Positions 37,106-48,300 of a DNA stretch of 64,000 nt are shown here, one piece after another. The notes below the pieces were generated by a model that did no database searches, was not told where the DNA came from, and saw nothing but the letters and a program-made list of their open reading frames with translations. Made by a program: the position numbers and the translations under genes. Numbering within the stretch: position 1 is the first letter of the stretch; the number at the start of each line of letters is the position of its first letter. This DNA is from an uncultured Myxococcaceae bacterium. GTDB taxonomy: Bacteria; Myxococcota; UBA727; JABDBI01. The DNA lies in the NCBI GenBank assembly GCA_964635635.1, contig CAZWPE010000001.1, positions 639,020 through 703,019 on the forward strand, given 5' to 3'.

Positions 37106-40100
37106 CGAAACCACAAATCCACACCCGCATCGCCGTAGTTGGTAATACCTTCCGAATCCCAACTCGCACGCCAACGCCAATTTTTGTTAATATACTTTTC
37201 CAGTTCAAGCCTTTTTTCTCTGTTCCCCAAAAGGTTCGTTACCAAGCCTGTCTGGAATCGAAGCCGCATCTTACCTAAAGTTTGCATTCCAATCACAATA
37301 GACGGCGTTGCACCGCCTCCGATAGGACTATACAAGGTTCCGAGCCTAAACTCGTCGAAGGCTGTTCCAGGGATTGCTTTGAGAACCTGCGTTCCAATCC
37401 CCGAATACATCGACAAAGCCTCAAGGCCTGCGCTTTGAGCCACGCCTAAGCTGTCTCTGTATTCCCTCGATGTAAACCCAAAGCTTACCAAACTCACCAA
37501 ATCTTTCTGTGGCAAGCTGGGTCTTGAACTAAAGAACAGCTTTGGTTTGGAAAAATCACCTTGAGCATGAACCGTCACATCATAATCTAATATCTGAGCA
37601 TTAGCTTCGACATCAATATTGGCAACAATTCGAAATGGATTATCAAAATTCGCACGTGCTTTAAGGATTTGGTAATGCTGATTTCTGAAATAGACATCTC
37701 CTGAGTTCAGTGACACCTCACCCAAAAGTCCTAAAGCATTTGTTGTACCCGTCAGTGTTAAGTTCCCGACCAGCTCACCATTGAAGGACTTGCTTTCAAT
37801 TTTAACAGGAGTCTCAGAGCTCAGTGCTACGTCCAATTTCATCGGTTGCTTTTTTGCCCTAGAACGAGGTGTCTTGAACTCTGTGGGTTCCAACTCTTTG
37901 GTAAACAAAACTTCTGAAAATTTCACATCACCAGACAAAGTGGGTTCTGAAAAATTTCCTTCCAAAATCAGATGCCCATTTGCCGTCCCGGTGAGATAAG
38001 TACTATAGTAAACAGGCATTTTTTTAAGCTCAAGCCTCAAGGGGTCAAAGACACCCCGAGATAAATCAATCCCGCCTGTCAAATCAAAGTCCCCTCTCGA
38101 TGCCTTGCCTGAAAGCTGAACATTGCCGCGCGTGCCTGAAAACACCAAACCACCTTTGAGCTGAGTCAAGCCTGGGGGATAATCGCGAAGTGAAACATAA
38201 GAATCAGGACTAATCTTCACGTCACCATCATAGTGGACACCGCCCCAAGGTCCTTTCATATGGACATCGGCCATAAAGGCACCATAAGCGCCTTCTACAC
38301 GGTCATCAATATGCGTGAGCATCCACAAGTCACCTTTGGCTTTAAGTTGTGCGTCCAAATCAGCTTTGGCCAAACTTCCTTGCAATTCTACTCGGTCGCC
38401 ATAAACGCTCTGAAACAACGCTTGTTTCAGGTTAAAATGCTTATTTGAGTAGTCAAGATTCAAAGCTTTCGGCGCCAAGAATCTCAAAGAACCCAAATAA
38501 AAACTCGCTGGAAATACTGTCAACGAAGCGGTTGAGTTTTCAAGATGCTCAAGCTGACCGGAGCTTCGAGCTTTGATGGCTGCAAAAACCTGATACTCCT
38601 CAAGCCACGCCATTTTACGAAACAACCCTCTCGCAGGGCCATAAGGCATTGAAACAGTCGCAGTATATGGCAAATGTTCATCAAACTTAACCTGCATGTC
38701 CAGATAAGCTCTCGATTCAGAAAGAAGGCCTTTAGCTAAAAGCTGGCCATCCTGAATTGTCAAATTCAAGTCAGCTGCCCCAAGTTGAGTTTCTTTGAGG
38801 CTCAAAACGCCTTGTCCTGTTTCAGCCTTCTTATTGAAAATTCCGTGAACCTCTAAACTGCCTTGATTGGTTTCTAGGTGAATCTGCTCTAAATGAGCGA
38901 GCTCAGCATCCAGTACTGCACGTCCAGTGCCTGACTTTACCTGAGCACCCATCATCTCGCCACCAGGGAGCAGCTCTGCTGACAACGCACCCACCAATTT
39001 ATGACGATGCCCTTTTTCAAAAGGACCTTCGAGTTTAATAGAGCCTCTGATTGGCCCAGTCCAATCAAAGTGTTCTAATTCTTGAAGCACATAGGCCCTC
39101 AAATCCTGAGCAAGACCTTGTTCAACTTTTGCTTCGAATCCTACAATCGTCGGAGTGGTTTCTAAATCAACATGCACATCGCCGGTATAAACGAGAGAAT
39201 GCTGTTTGCCTCGCGCATGGTGAACATAAATTTGGTTCTCAGAAAATTCAAAATCTCCTGTTAAATCTCCAAATTGAAACTGGTTAAAGCGAAAATCTTT
39301 CATCTGTACAGGAGCTTTAATCAACAGGTGTTCATAAGGACCGTCTATGGAAACTTCTGCAAGCCCAATTCCCACAAATTGCTCAGTAACGATTTTATTT
39401 TTGATGCTTCTAAAATCAAAACGACCTGGCTTTGTCTTCAGCCACATGCCCTTCTTCTTAAAATACAAATCACAATCAGCCACCAAACTACTGATTCCAT
39501 CTGAAAATCTAGCTTCTTTAAAATGAAACGCTTCTTCATCTGCCCCTAGATTAAGCTCAAAATTAATGGGTTTTGCTGTCTGCAAGATAAGCTGGCGTCT
39601 ATCGTGAACAGTTAAAATATCCGTCTTGCCTGTTGCAGACCCCGTCAAAAAGAACTTAGGGAACGCTTGGCCTTTTGCCCGTGCAACAGTTTGAAACTTC
39701 ATTTCAACCCAGGGTTTTTTAACATCCAGATCTTCTAGCAATGCATAAAGCGAAATGTTTTCACCAGAAACCAGAGCTTCAAAATGCAGCTCTTTATCAA
39801 AGTACAACTTACCCTTGACCACAGGTTTGGAGCCCGCAAAATCGACCTCAACACCTTTAAGCTCAGCAAGTTTTGGATTGATAATTACAGGCCCTTTCAA
39901 GCCATGGATTTTAACATCGTCAAGCTGTATGGCCTTTGCTCCAATTTGGCCAGAATACTCTGGGCCTTTATGAATTGATTCAAACTTAACGCGCCCCTGA
40001 ATATCAATATCAGCCTCAAAAGGTTTTTTAATGCTATGGATTTCAGGAACTTTTTGAAGACTACTTTGAACCCAAATCCGAAGATTACTTCCCAATCCTG

Positions 40101-40692
40101 GATGCGCAGGATTAGCTAAGCCTACTTTGCCATCAACCGTCAGCTTCCCCTCAGGCATTTCAACAGACAACAGATGAATATTGACATTGCGCGTCGTAAT
40201 ATTGGCTCTGGTCTCCAGCTTTGAGATTTCTATCTCACGTGTTTTCCAAAAAAGTTTTGCTTTGCCATTGAGAATGACGAGCTCATCAAGACCAAAAGGC
40301 AACTTGAAGTGGGTTGCATCACCAGTTCCCCAATCTGCATCAAGGCGAGCCCAAACTTCGGGGGTATCTATTTCCAATCGACTCACAGGGTTACCCTGCG
40401 TGAGATAACTCCAGGGCGATAAACGGGCTTTAATCGCTTTTGAGCGCACCGTTAAACCTAGGTCTTTTTTGGTTAATTCAAAATCATCTGCCCGAATGGT
40501 TAAAAAGCCATCAACTGAGATGTTTTTGAGGGTTGCATCAATGCCATGCTTCTTCTTTAACTCTGCTTGAACCTCAATTAAAGCACGCTTCACGACGCCC
40601 GGTGTTTTACCTGCCACATACGAAATCCCAGCCAACACCAATACCAAGCAAAGCAAGGCAAGATAGCGCAGTGGATGTTGAGGGGCTTTCAT
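37093..40692 (-). CDS. tamB: Translocation and assembly module protein TamB-like (DUF490 family)
   Basis: 1199 aa. N-terminal signal-anchor, long beta-rich body, C-terminal ...GDAGVDLWFRWDY typical of the TamB C-terminus. Confidence 0.7.
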   Translation of the reverse strand: MKAPQHPLRYLALLCLVLVLAGISYVAGKTPGVVKRALIEVQAELKKKHGIDATLKNISVDGFLTIRADDFELTKKDLGLTVRSKAIKARLSPWSYLTQGNPVSRLEIDTPEVWARLDADWGTGDATHFKLPFGLDELVILNGKAKLFWKTREIEISKLETRANITTRNVNIHLLSVEMPEGKLTVDGKVGLANPAHPGLGSNLRIWVQSSLQKVPEIHSIKKPFEADIDIQGRVKFESIHKGPEYSGQIGAKAIQLDDVKIHGLKGPVIINPKLAELKGVEVDFAGSKPVVKGKLYFDKELHFEALVSGENISLYALLEDLDVKKPWVEMKFQTVARAKGQAFPKFFLTGSATGKTDILTVHDRRQLILQTAKPINFELNLGADEEAFHFKEARFSDGISSLVADCDLYFKKKGMWLKTKPGRFDFRSIKNKIVTEQFVGIGLAEVSIDGPYEHLLIKAPVQMKDFRFNQFQFGDLTGDFEFSENQIYVHHARGKQHSLVYTGDVHVDLETTPTIVGFEAKVEQGLAQDLRAYVLQELEHFDWTGPIRGSIKLEGPFEKGHRHKLVGALSAELLPGGEMMGAQVKSGTGRAVLDAELAHLEQIHLETNQGSLEVHGIFNKKAETGQGVLSLKETQLGAADLNLTIQDGQLLAKGLLSESRAYLDMQVKFDEHLPYTATVSMPYGPARGLFRKMAWLEEYQVFAAIKARSSGQLEHLENSTASLTVFPASFYLGSLRFLAPKALNLDYSNKHFNLKQALFQSVYGDRVELQGSLAKADLDAQLKAKGDLWMLTHIDDRVEGAYGAFMADVHMKGPWGGVHYDGDVKISPDSYVSLRDYPPGLTQLKGGLVFSGTRGNVQLSGKASRGDFDLTGGIDLSRGVFDPLRLELKKMPVYYSTYLTGTANGHLILEGNFSEPTLSGDVKFSEVLFTKELEPTEFKTPRSRAKKQPMKLDVALSSETPVKIESKSFNGELVGNLTLTGTTNALGLLGEVSLNSGDVYFRNQHYQILKARANFDNPFRIVANIDVEANAQILDYDVTVHAQGDFSKPKLFFSSRPSLPQKDLVSLVSFGFTSREYRDSLGVAQSAGLEALSMYSGIGTQVLKAIPGTAFDEFRLGTLYSPIGGGATPSIVIGMQTLGKMRLRFQTGLVTNLLGNREKRLELEKYINKNWRWRASWDSEGITNYGDAGVDLWFRWDY

Positions 40693-40721
40693 GGCCTATC
40701 TTTGTACAATTTTCGCCACTT

Positions 40722-42059
40722 CTACGCAAAAGGATTCTTGATTGGAGTCAGCATTTTCTTGATAAACTGAATATGGGGCTTAGTTTCCAAACGACCATTT
40801 TCAATCGCTCGATCCAGTTCCTGAGGTGAAGGAACCACATTGATGGGAGACAACACTTTCTGATAGGCAATCACCAAATCTGAATGTTTATAGCCTTCTT
40901 TGCTATTTTCCGCTGCAATATGCATCAGTGGCAGGAATAGCCAGTGGCGTTTCCAATTCGGTGAAAATGCATCCAGCGATAAAACAAATGGATCCTGTAG
41001 CTGAGCCCTGGCTGCCTTGGCAGGCAAATTGTCTGCTAAACCACCATCCAAAAGGCGACTGACACTATTTTGGTGTAAAATTTCTCTGATCAACGGAACC
41101 ATATGAGGATCGTTTCTGAGAACATCATAATGAAACAAACCTGGGACTGATGCTGAAAAACCAACCGCATCAATCACATCAAATTCTCGGCTTAACTCAT
41201 CAGCCCCCAAGTAAATGGCTTTAAGCGGCTTTTGGGCAATCTTAATCAAACTTTGAATAATGCTTTTTTCCTGCCTCTTAATCTCTGTCGGCAATATTTG
41301 GTGTGCATCAAGCCAATCTGCTTCACCCAATTTTTCCACATCAGATTCTGGAATACCAGCCACCGTTACGAGCAGAGGTATCGCAAGTTCCCTGAGATGC
41401 ATCGCTCGCCCATCTTTTTGAAACTCTGCTCCAAAAACATCATGTAGATTTAATCTAAAACTTGCCGGCAAACCAAAACGACTCCCCTGGTCTGAACTCT
41501 GGGTGAGACGACTCCAAACCAAAGGAAGTGTCACACGCTTCAAATCCTCAACATCAAAATGTATGGTTTTGGCTCGATACGCCCCTAAAATAGCCCCCAT
41601 AGAGCTACCCGCAATGATATCTGGGACAATTCCAGCTTCCTCAAACTCAGCAAATGCTCCCGCATAAACAAAACCTGTGCCCCCACCCCCACCGAGCACC
41701 AGAGCAAATGGACGTTTCGAAATTGAATCTTCCAAGGCCTTCACATCTAAACGTGAGCCAAACAGTGAGCTTAACTCTTTGAGCTCAGCCTGTAGAAGGT
41801 TGGCAATAGAGGCAACGCTTTTTACCCCATCTGCCAGCATGAGTGTATGCAGACGCTCACGATAGACATCCGTAGAATGCCCAATATCTATGGGATTTTT
41901 ACCGGGTATTTGTGAAATCCGTGCCAGAGATAGAGCCCAGCGCATGATTGATTCATCTTCGCTGGAGAGCCGAACAGAGCTTTCGCACAAAGAACGTACG
42001 AGATCGCGTTCCATTTGAGCGAGTTCCTTGATAAAAGCTCTGGTATCTTGCTCCACCAA
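40722..42059 (-). CDS. Patatin-like phospholipase family protein
   Basis: 445 aa. Oxyanion GGGGGTG, nucleophile elbow AGSSMG, catalytic-Asp motif DGGLADNLP. Confidence 0.85.
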   Translation of the reverse strand: MVEQDTRAFIKELAQMERDLVRSLCESSVRLSSEDESIMRWALSLARISQIPGKNPIDIGHSTDVYRERLHTLMLADGVKSVASIANLLQAELKELSSLFGSRLDVKALEDSISKRPFALVLGGGGGTGFVYAGAFAEFEEAGIVPDIIAGSSMGAILGAYRAKTIHFDVEDLKRVTLPLVWSRLTQSSDQGSRFGLPASFRLNLHDVFGAEFQKDGRAMHLRELAIPLLVTVAGIPESDVEKLGEADWLDAHQILPTEIKRQEKSIIQSLIKIAQKPLKAIYLGADELSREFDVIDAVGFSASVPGLFHYDVLRNDPHMVPLIREILHQNSVSRLLDGGLADNLPAKAARAQLQDPFVLSLDAFSPNWKRHWLFLPLMHIAAENSKEGYKHSDLVIAYQKVLSPINVVPSPQELDRAIENGRLETKPHIQFIKKMLTPIKNPFA

Positions 42060-42119
42060 TAGCTAGTCTACCCAATGGAGAACTCAAATGACAAGCGTGG
42101 ATTCCAGCTTTATTTCAGA

Positions 42120-42177
42120 CTATTTTGCACGGTTTTGCAAAATAGTCGTGACTTTTTTGCAAAACCGTGCAAAATAG
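42120..42177. promoter_or_regulatory. Perfect 22-bp inverted repeat (ctattttgcacggttttgcaaa ... tttgcaaaaccgtgcaaaatag). Candidate operator or leader hairpin ending ~7 bp before the ATPase start codon.
   Basis: The arms are exact reverse complements separated by ~14 nt. Lies in the divergent patatin / AAA-ATPase intergenic region. No SD visible between it and the ATG. Confidence 0.5.
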
Positions 42178-42183
42178 TCAGAT

Positions 42184-43299
42184 ATGGAACGGGCTCAGAA
42201 ACAGGCCATCTTAAGAGATTTAAATAAAAAAATGGTTTTTCTTGCAGGTCCGCGCCAGGCAGGAAAGACCACTTTGGCCAAGGAAATCGCCAAAGAGTTT
42301 GGTTCGTCTGTATATTTAAACTACGATAGTTTGACCGACCGGAAGATTATTTTAAAAGAGGAGTGGCTGCCTTCTGTTGAATTTTTGATTTTGGATGAGA
42401 TTCATAAAATGCCCAAATGGAAGAATTATTTAAAGGGCATCTATGACACCAAACCTGCTCATCAGAAGATTTTAGTGACTGGCAGTGCTCGTTTGGAAGT
42501 TTTTAGAAAAGTTGGAGATTCTTTAGCAGGTCGTTATTATTTGCATCGATTGATGCCGCTTTCACCCGCAGAATGTGAAAAAATGGGGGTTGCTTACACC
42601 CTTGACCATTTTATGGAACGCGGTGGATTCCCAGAACCGTTTTTTGCTGAAAATGCCGTAGATGCTGGTCGTTGGCGGATGCAATATATCGACAGCTTGC
42701 TTCGAGAAGATGTGCTCAATTTTGACAACATTCAAAATCTTAATTCTATACGTTTGGTGTTTGATTTATTGCGCGAACGCGTCGGCTCGCCGGTCTCTTA
42801 TAGTTCAATCGCTGAGGATTCTCAGTTGGCGCCCAATACCGTTAAAAAATACATTCAAATTTTAGAAGCACTTTATGTCGTGTTTCGAGTGACACCCTTC
42901 TCAAAAAATATTGCTCGTAGCTTACTGAAAGAACCTAAGATTTATTTTTTTGATACGGGATTGGTCAAAGGCGATCTTGGAGCAAAGTTTGAAAATTTGA
43001 TGGCAACTTGTTTGATAAAGCATGTTTACGAAAAAATAGACTATCAGGCAGAGCCGTATTCTTTGCACTATCTCAACACCAAAGATCGAAAAGAAGTCGA
43101 TTTTGCATTGATCAATGACAATCGAGTCGAGCAGATTATCGAGGCTAAATACTCAGATGGCTCAGTGACTAATGCGCTTCGATATTTTCATGAAAAGCAT
43201 CGACTAACGGCCACTCAAGTTGTCAAAGAACTTAAACATGAGCGGACAGACAAGGGTATTCATGTGTTGACAGGAATCAATATGCTCAAGGCGCTATAG
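42184..43299 (+). CDS. AAA+ ATPase of the COG1373 family (AAA_14 N-domain plus DUF4143 C-domain, a predicted PD-(D/E)xK-fold nuclease)
   Basis: 371 aa. Walker A LAGPRQAGKTTL, Walker B LILDEIH. C-terminal KEVDFAL...IIEAKYSD D...ExK-like motif. Confidence 0.7.
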   Translation: MERAQKQAILRDLNKKMVFLAGPRQAGKTTLAKEIAKEFGSSVYLNYDSLTDRKIILKEEWLPSVEFLILDEIHKMPKWKNYLKGIYDTKPAHQKILVTGSARLEVFRKVGDSLAGRYYLHRLMPLSPAECEKMGVAYTLDHFMERGGFPEPFFAENAVDAGRWRMQYIDSLLREDVLNFDNIQNLNSIRLVFDLLRERVGSPVSYSSIAEDSQLAPNTVKKYIQILEALYVVFRVTPFSKNIARSLLKEPKIYFFDTGLVKGDLGAKFENLMATCLIKHVYEKIDYQAEPYSLHYLNTKDRKEVDFALINDNRVEQIIEAKYSDGSVTNALRYFHEKHRLTATQVVKELKHERTDKGIHVLTGINMLKAL

Positions 43300-43300
43300 T

Positions 43301-43702
43301 TTGAATTTCCCAAACACTTGGTTTACAGAATACAGGACTCAAATGACAAGTCTTGCATTCTTAGATCTAACTGTGACCCAGGGACCCAATCAGGGGATGC
43401 GTTATAGTATCCCTGAGGGAACTTATCGCATTCTGGCAAGATACGAGCCAGGGTTTGTGGCGGACGACCGGATTTTAAACCCGGATCAGCAAGAACGGGT
43501 TTTGAGCTATCTCCCTAAAAAGACGGGTCTTATCCGCGGCCCGGATATTTTATTAGACGATAGTTCTTTGAGCACTGCTCATGCAATCGCTATTCTCACA
43601 CCACAAGGTGGACGCTGGGTTGACTTAATTGCTGAGACAGAAAAGACTGTCAGCACTGGGGATACTGTTAACCTTGGAAGCACCCAGCTGAAAGTGTCGT
43701 AA
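43301..43702 (+). CDS. FHA (forkhead-associated) domain protein, putative
   Basis: 133 aa. GPDILLDDSSLSTAHAIAILTPQGGRWVDLIAETEKTVSTGDTVNLGSTQLKV fits the FHA G-R...S..H...N-G pattern loosely. 2-nt gap from the upstream gene, 4-nt gap to the next. Confidence 0.4.
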   Translation: MNFPNTWFTEYRTQMTSLAFLDLTVTQGPNQGMRYSIPEGTYRILARYEPGFVADDRILNPDQQERVLSYLPKKTGLIRGPDILLDDSSLSTAHAIAILTPQGGRWVDLIAETEKTVSTGDTVNLGSTQLKVS

Positions 43703-43705
43703 ACT

Positions 43706-44362
43706 ATGTCTCAACTCTCTCTTTTTGATACCCATCCTTCTACACCCGCTCTGTCATGGACCCAAATGCCGTTTTTGGTCGTTGACACTGAAACAACTGG
43801 TCTTGACCCACAACAAAATCGAATCATTGAAATCGCCTGGGTACTTTTTGAAAACGGTCAAGTAACTCATTCCCAGGCATGTCTGTGCAGCATCAGTGAA
43901 CCATTGCCACCAGAAATTACTCGTATTACCGGGATTGATGCCAGCATGCTTGAGGGTCAACCTCAATTTTCAGAGCATATATCTGATTTCATAGCAGCTT
44001 GTTCAAAGGTGTCTTATTTAGTCGCCTACAATGTTCCCTTTGACCGTGCCTTTATAAGCTCTGAATTCACACGGGCTGGCAAAGAAATGCCCTCTATGCC
44101 CTGGTTTGATCCATGCATCTATATTCGCGAAATTGACAAGTTTAAGAAAGGTAAAAAGCTGAGCGAAGCAGCTGCTCGCTGGGGTGTTGAGCTTGATGGC
44201 GCACACCGAGCTTTGGCAGACGCAACCGCAGCAGGTAAACTTTTTCTAAAGCTTATGCCCTATCTCAAAGCTAACAATCTTGAAGAGTTAGCCAAATTGG
44301 AAAACAGCTGGCGCATAGAGCAAGAAAGGCAGTATCAGGCTTATAAAGCTCGGACCCGCTAG
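43706..44362 (+). CDS. DEDDh 3'-5' exonuclease (DnaQ / DNA pol III epsilon-like)
   Basis: 218 aa. Exo I FLVVDTETTGLDP, Exo II AYNVPFDRAF, Exo III HRALADATA. Confidence 0.8.
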   Translation: MSQLSLFDTHPSTPALSWTQMPFLVVDTETTGLDPQQNRIIEIAWVLFENGQVTHSQACLCSISEPLPPEITRITGIDASMLEGQPQFSEHISDFIAACSKVSYLVAYNVPFDRAFISSEFTRAGKEMPSMPWFDPCIYIREIDKFKKGKKLSEAAARWGVELDGAHRALADATAAGKLFLKLMPYLKANNLEELAKLENSWRIEQERQYQAYKARTR

Positions 44363-45312
44363 CGCGTGCCTTGCAGCATCCATCCCGTTAAGTGGTATAG
44401 CATCCGTGCCCCCACATTGCCGTCCCACTCCCCGCAGCCAACCTCGCAAAGGTCGAATCCAATAATTTTTCGACCCGAACGTACAATGCCCGCAATCAAG
44501 TAATATGCTTGCTGAAAATCAAGCCCTCCTGGCACGGGTGTTCCAGTTCCAGGACAAAATCTTGGGTCTAAAGCATCAATATCGAACGATACCCATACAT
44601 TTTGCGGAAGATGAACCAAAATATCATGAACCATTGAGGACCACGACTTCCCAGCGAATTGGTTATTCATCAGTTCAAAATCTGTGAACACATGCATTCG
44701 GGACCCTTGTGCCTGGGCAAACTCAAGCTCTTCCTCGCAGAAATCTCGAATACCCACCTGAACCAACTTGCTCACAGCAGGGACCCGTTCCAAAACGTTT
44801 CGCATGATAGACGCGTGAGACCACGTATAACCCTCATAGGCATTGCGAGTATCAGCATGTGCATCCAAATGCAGAATACCAAACTCACTCTGCTCGCCCA
44901 TTGCTTTGATAGCGCCAAATGGACTCGAATGGTCCCCTCCAACTACGCCAATCATCTTCCTTGCATGATACAAACGACGAGCTTGTTCATAAACGTACTT
45001 ATTTACTTCCTCACTTGCAGCATTGATATCACTTGCAAGATTAAGGCTGCGAATATTCTGCGGAATAGGCAACATATGAAATCCGGCTTCATAAATACGC
45101 CCTAATTCAGGATGATATAAGTCGACTTGCTTACTAGCACGCAAAATAGCCTCGGGTCCTTCCGCTGTTCCCTTTCCATAAGAGGTTGTGCGTTCCCAAG
45201 GAACCGGAATATAAACCACCCGAGCATCAGCTTCAGTCTCTAGCAGACCAAAAACACCAGAATCTTCAGATGCGGCGCCATTGGGATCAAATTTGTTTTC
45301 CATATCAGACAC
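44359..45312 (-). CDS. Arginase/agmatinase/formiminoglutamase (ureohydrolase) family protein
   Basis: 317 aa. GGDHS, DAHADT, SFDIDALDP metal-binding motifs. Stop overlaps the exonuclease stop; start overlaps the dnaE stop. Confidence 0.8.
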   Translation of the reverse strand: MSDMENKFDPNGAASEDSGVFGLLETEADARVVYIPVPWERTTSYGKGTAEGPEAILRASKQVDLYHPELGRIYEAGFHMLPIPQNIRSLNLASDINAASEEVNKYVYEQARRLYHARKMIGVVGGDHSSPFGAIKAMGEQSEFGILHLDAHADTRNAYEGYTWSHASIMRNVLERVPAVSKLVQVGIRDFCEEELEFAQAQGSRMHVFTDFELMNNQFAGKSWSSMVHDILVHLPQNVWVSFDIDALDPRFCPGTGTPVPGGLDFQQAYYLIAGIVRSGRKIIGFDLCEVGCGEWDGNVGARMLYHLTGWMLQGTR

Positions 45313-48300
45313 TCGTTCTTACAGCTTTTTTAACGCCATTCAAATTCTCAAGCGCTGCCAAGAAATTATCCGACGCATCAATACGAATATGCTCCCCACA
45401 AATCATGTAGGTTTTGAATCCTTCAGCATGCTCGAAAATAAGTCTCATAGGTTTCTGACCACGGTGCAGTTCGCACACAGCTTGAATATCACGAAGTAGC
45501 TCAGTTGACTCAGCGTCAAGCGTTATATCAACAAAACGTGTTTTTTCTTCCTGAGCCTTGGCCAGCATGGTGACGCTTTCAAGACGAATTTTAGGCATAG
45601 CCACATTGCCTTCATCGTCGATATCATCAATTAAAACACGGCCTTTAATCAGAAGTGGCTCTTTAGTCTTTAAGAGCGATTCGTATTCGGCATAGGCTTT
45701 ATTAAATGCCAAAACTTCAACACGCCCAAAATTGTCTTCGAGATTCACCACAGCCCAACGGCCTTCACCACTCTTGAGCATACGTTCTTTCAAATCGGCA
45801 ACAACGCCCATGATTTGAACAGATTCCAAGTGCCTAGCCTGTGTTAGCTGGGCTGTCGCCAAAACCCCTAAACGTTTGGCTTCGGACTGATAACGATCCA
45901 ACGGATGACCAGATAAATAAAAACCTAAGGTTTCTCGCTCGAATCCAAGTTTTTCTTTTTCGGGCCATTCTTTGCAAGGCTCATAATGCTCAGGGCTCGC
46001 TGACTCCAAAGTACCAAACAAAGAAGTCTGACCGCGTTCCCGATCTTTCTGTGTCTTTTGCGCAGATGTCATTGCAGACTCAAGCGCAAGGTGGAGCTGC
46101 TTTCTTGGGCGTTCAAAACCATCAAATCCACCCGACTTAATCAAAGCTTCGAGTACTTTACGGTTTACTTTTTGAAGAGGCACACGTTCGCAGAACTCAA
46201 AAAGACTCTTGAAATTACCTGTCTGTTTTCTGGTCTCGAGAATAATTTCGAGCGCTGCATCTCCAAGACCTTTAATGGCCTCAAGACCAAATCGAATACG
46301 CTGGTTATCAACGGTGAATTTCTTGGAAGAAGCATTGATATCCGGCGGCAAGACTTCAATGCCTGAGGTCCTTGCTTCACCAATATACTTCACAACGTCT
46401 TCTGTTGAACCTGATGAAGTTGTGAGCAGTGCCGCCATAAACTCAACTGGGTAATAGTGCTTCAGATAGGCTGTCTGATAGGTAATCATCGCATACGCAG
46501 CCGCGTGACTCTTGTTAAAACCATACCCAGCAAACTTCTCAATCGAATCAAAAATCGAACCGGCTTGGTCAGGATCAACGCCATTATCTTGAGAGCCCTT
46601 CACAAATTCAGCGCGCTGCTTTTGCATCTCCTCAAATTTTTTCTTACCCATTGCCCGGCGAAGCAAATCTGCTTTACCCAGTGAGTAACCAGCTAAAACC
46701 TGAGCAGCCAATAAAACTTGCTCTTGATAGACGAAAGTTCCATAGGTTGGCTTCAAAATCGCTTCGAGTGACGGATGCGGGTATACAACCTTCTTACGGC
46801 CATGTTTACGATCCACGAAGTCATCAACCATTCCTGACTGCATCGGGCCTGGCCGATAAAGAGCGCCCGCAGCAATAATATCTTCAAAACAGTCAGGTTT
46901 CAAACGACGGCATAAGTCTTGGAATCCACCAGATTCCACCTGGAATACCCCGAGCGTATCGCCCGATGCAATCAGCTCATAAACACCTTTCGATTCAGGT
47001 GCATTCGGCGATAGCAATTCAATTTGGATTGGATCTTTGCCTTCAGCCTTCAGACGCTCATTCACCAGGTCTTCAGCATTAGCGATAACGTCTAGAGTTT
47101 TCAGGCCCAAGAAGTCGAACTTCACCAGCCCAGCATATTCAACCTTATCTTTGTCAAACTGCGTGATGAGTTCACCATGCTGACCAGCAAACAATGGCAC
47201 GTATTCAACAAGCGGCTTATCGCTGATCACAACACCGGCAGCGTGCATACCCGCTTGTCGATACAAGCCTTCAAGTACGCGTGCTGTATCCAAAATACGT
47301 TGATACACAGGATCTTGTGCGGCTTTTTCTTTAAGCTTAGGCGCGAACTCCAATGCTTCGTCTAAGTCTGGCTTCTGGCCTTCTATTAACAGAGGCATCG
47401 GCTTGGTGAGTTCATTAATTTCTGAGAATGGAATCCCTAGAGTTCTGGCAACGTCTTTGATCGCACTCTTGGGGTTCAGACCTGAGTAAGTTGCGATCTG
47501 CCCAACGTGGTCACGGCCGTAACGCTCTGTGACATATTGAATCACTTCACCGCGGCGCTCCTGCATGAAGTCAACGTCAAAGTCAGGCATTGAAACACGT
47601 TCCGGATTCAAGAAACGCTCAAAAAGCAAGTTATACGGAATCGGGTCAATATCCGTAATGCGCAGCGCATAAGCCACCAAACTGCCTGCACCGGAACCTC
47701 GACCGGGACCTACACGAATACGGCTGTCCTTAGCCCAGTTGATAAAGTCCTGAACGATCAAGAAATAGCCTGAAAAACCCATTCGGATAATCACGCCCAG
47801 CTCCAACGCAAGTCTGGCCTGGTACTGGTCGCGGTCAACCGGATAGGTCATTTCTTTAAAACGCCTCTCCAGACCCTGCTGCGCCAATGCGTACAAATAA
47901 TCCGTCTCATCTTTATAAGCGTCCGGGCAGTTAAAGCTCGGCAAAAAAGTCTGCCCTAGTTTGAGATCGACTTGACAGCGAGCCCCTACTTCACAGGCGG
48001 TTTCAAAAGCTTTGGCGTAGTCATCTTTGAGCAAGTCCCACATTTCTTGCCCAGAGCGAATATAAAACGCATCTGTCTCATGCTTATGCAGGGTTGGGTC
48101 ATCCCAAGCTTTTTGTTGCCGAATGGCCATCAAAATATTTTGGGCATCGTGCTCTTCGCGATTCACATAGTGACAATCATTGGTTGCAATGAGTCTCAGG
48201 CCTTCGCTGCGGGCCATTTCAGCTAAATGTGCATTGACCTGATTTTGGATGTCAATGCCATTGGGCTGAACTTCTAAAAAGAAATGATTCTCTCCAAAAA

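Noticed and set aside
37017-37208. 63-aa minus-strand ORF and the TTG-extended start of bamA at 37180
   Set aside because: Both overlap the 3' end of tamB. The bamA ATG at 37105 gives a proper signal peptide and avoids the overlap. The 63-aa ORF is an out-of-frame shadow.
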